Source: Planctomycetota bacterium (GTDB taxonomy: Bacteria > Planctomycetota > UBA1135 > UBA2386). Taken from it: a stretch of 64,000 bases of DNA. The translations under genes were made by a program, and so were the position numbers. The stretch lies in the NCBI GenBank assembly GCA_046290465.1, contig JBKAGP010000001.1:4704001-4768000 (forward strand). The letters run 5' to 3'. A model generated the notes under the pieces. The model was not told where the DNA came from. It did no database searches and saw only the letters and a program-made list of their open reading frames with translations. Shown here piece after piece: positions 62,699-64,000 of this stretch (within the stretch, counting starts at the first letter, position 1; each line of letters opens with the position of its first letter).

Positions 62699-62759
62699 GT
62701 CGCTCCGGCGAAGCTCCGTATGGTGCGGCGAGGGCTGCGTCGCTACCGTTCCGGCCCCG

Positions 62760-63311
62760 ATGTCCCACCAGCAAGCCCTCGACCTCCGCCCCGGCACCCT
62801 CATCCGCTACGAAGGCGACATGTGCGTCGTCACGTGGTGGAACATCCTCCGCAACGATCGCCGCCTGTTTGTGCAGATGCGCATCAAGGACGTGCAGACC
62901 GGCCGCGTGCAGGAGTTGAAGGAGCACGGCGACACCAAGTTCGAGATCCTCGACAAGGAGGAGCGCGAGATGTCGTACTCGTACCGCGACGGCGAGACCG
63001 AGGTGTTCTTCACGCCGGACGGCGACGAGTTCCGCTGCAGTGTGCCGGCTGCCGAGGACGCGCTGAAGTGGCCGTCGGACGTCTACACAGCCGTGTTCGT
63101 CGACGCGGAGCTGGTCTCCGTGCAGCCGCCGAAGTACTCGCTGCTGGAGGTCACCGAGACCGCGCCGCCGATCAAGGGGGCAGGCTCGGGTAGCAAGGAC
63201 GCGGTGCTCGAGAACGGCATGACCATCAAGGTCAACCAGCTCTGCGACGTCGGCGACCAGGTCAAGGTCGACACCGAGACCGGCGAGTTCAAGGAACGCA
63301 TCGCCAGGTAG
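62760..63311 (+). CDS. efp: Elongation factor P-like protein with an atypical tip loop
   Basis: DLRPG.LI, YSYRDG....F, LEVTETAPPIKG, KDAVLENG..IKV, GDQVKVDTETGEF.ER. Confidence 0.85.
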   Translation: MSHQQALDLRPGTLIRYEGDMCVVTWWNILRNDRRLFVQMRIKDVQTGRVQELKEHGDTKFEILDKEEREMSYSYRDGETEVFFTPDGDEFRCSVPAAEDALKWPSDVYTAVFVDAELVSVQPPKYSLLEVTETAPPIKGAGSGSKDAVLENGMTIKVNQLCDVGDQVKVDTETGEFKERIAR

Positions 63312-63346
63312 GTGGTCGGGGTTCGTTCCGACGGAGGGCGGTCGCG

Positions 63347-64000
63347 ATGAGCATCTTCGAGAAGTACCTGACCGTCTGGGTCGCCGCCGCGATCGGGCTC
63401 GGGCTGGTGGTCGGCAACCTGGTGCCGGGGTGGTTCGAGACGCTCGCCGGCTACGAGGTCGCCAGCATCAACCTGCCGATCGCCGTGCTGATCTGGCTGA
63501 TGATCTACCCGATGATGCTCGGCGTGGACTTCGGTTCGGTCGCCAAGGTCCACGAACGGCCGCGCGGGCTGATCGTCACGCTGGCGGTCAACTGGTTGAT
63601 CAAGCCGCTGACGATGGCCGGCATCGCGGTCGTCTGCATGCGCTACCTGTTCGGCGGCATGATCGAGCCGGCGGCGGCCGACGAGTACATCGCCGGCATG
63701 ATCCTGCTCGGCGTCGCGCCGTGCACGGCGATGGTGTTCGTGTGGAGCCGGCTGACCGACGGCGATCCCAACTACACCCTGGTGCAGGTGGCGGTCAACG
63801 ATCTGATCATGGTGTTCGCGTTTGCGCCGATCGCGGCGCTGCTGCTCGGGGTCACCGACGTCACGGTGCCGTGGGACACGCTGATCCTGTCGGTGGTGCT
63901 GTTCGTCGTGGTGCCGCTGGTCGCCGGTTGGGTGACGCGCGCCGCGGTGCGCGGGGCCGATCGGATCGCGCGCATCGACCGTGCGATGAAGCCGTTCTCG
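63347..64000 (+). CDS. acr3: Acr3 family arsenite efflux transporter (runs off the window end)
   Basis: MSIFEKYLTVWV, PIAVLIWLMIYPMM, NWLIKP, GVAPCTAMVFVW; absent from the ORF track because there is no stop in the window. Confidence 0.93.
   Translation, partial: MSIFEKYLTVWVAAAIGLGLVVGNLVPGWFETLAGYEVASINLPIAVLIWLMIYPMMLGVDFGSVAKVHERPRGLIVTLAVNWLIKPLTMAGIAVVCMRYLFGGMIEPAAADEYIAGMILLGVAPCTAMVFVWSRLTDGDPNYTLVQVAVNDLIMVFAFAPIAALLLGVTDVTVPWDTLILSVVLFVVVPLVAGWVTRAAVRGADRIARIDRAMKPFS

Overview
High-GC bacterial chromosomal segment, most likely from an uncultured Planctomycetota lineage. This is inferred from the secreted proteins with planctomycete-like C-termini, the extended GreA and the lepB-lptB arrangement. 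It holds about 58 protein genes. I saw no rRNA, tRNA, CRISPR array or transposase. Recognisable content: an SDR/enoyl-CoA hydratase/acyl-CoA dehydrogenase operon, rpmG, sbcDC, an RND efflux pair, a dicarboxylate/amino-acid symporter, a CDGSH/YHS/TerB cluster, an exopolysaccharide mini-locus, leucine-catabolism genes, a MoxR-DUF58-transglutaminase operon, long GreA, two PilT-like ATPases beside an orphan flagellin, lptB-lepB-dacB-lepA, a GT87, an EF-P-like gene and a partial acr3. Best candidate for something new: two apparent ORFs (38743-39135 and 39160-39903) are in frame across a single UGA that is followed by a bacterial SECIS-like hairpin. Joined, they give an exported thioredoxin-fold, SelN-like selenoprotein candidate. 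Other notable signals: a shared C-terminal module on four unrelated secreted proteins, an MshEN-bearing catalytically degenerate PilT next to flagellin, an EF-P lacking the PGKG loop, a histone-H1-like/dead-nuclease fusion, a paralogous pair of Cys-rich secreted proteins, a perfect 43-bp GTAG-ended inverted repeat, and a GGA-rich sRNA/attenuator candidate. Start codons were chosen by eye and family assignments come from motif recall, not database searches.
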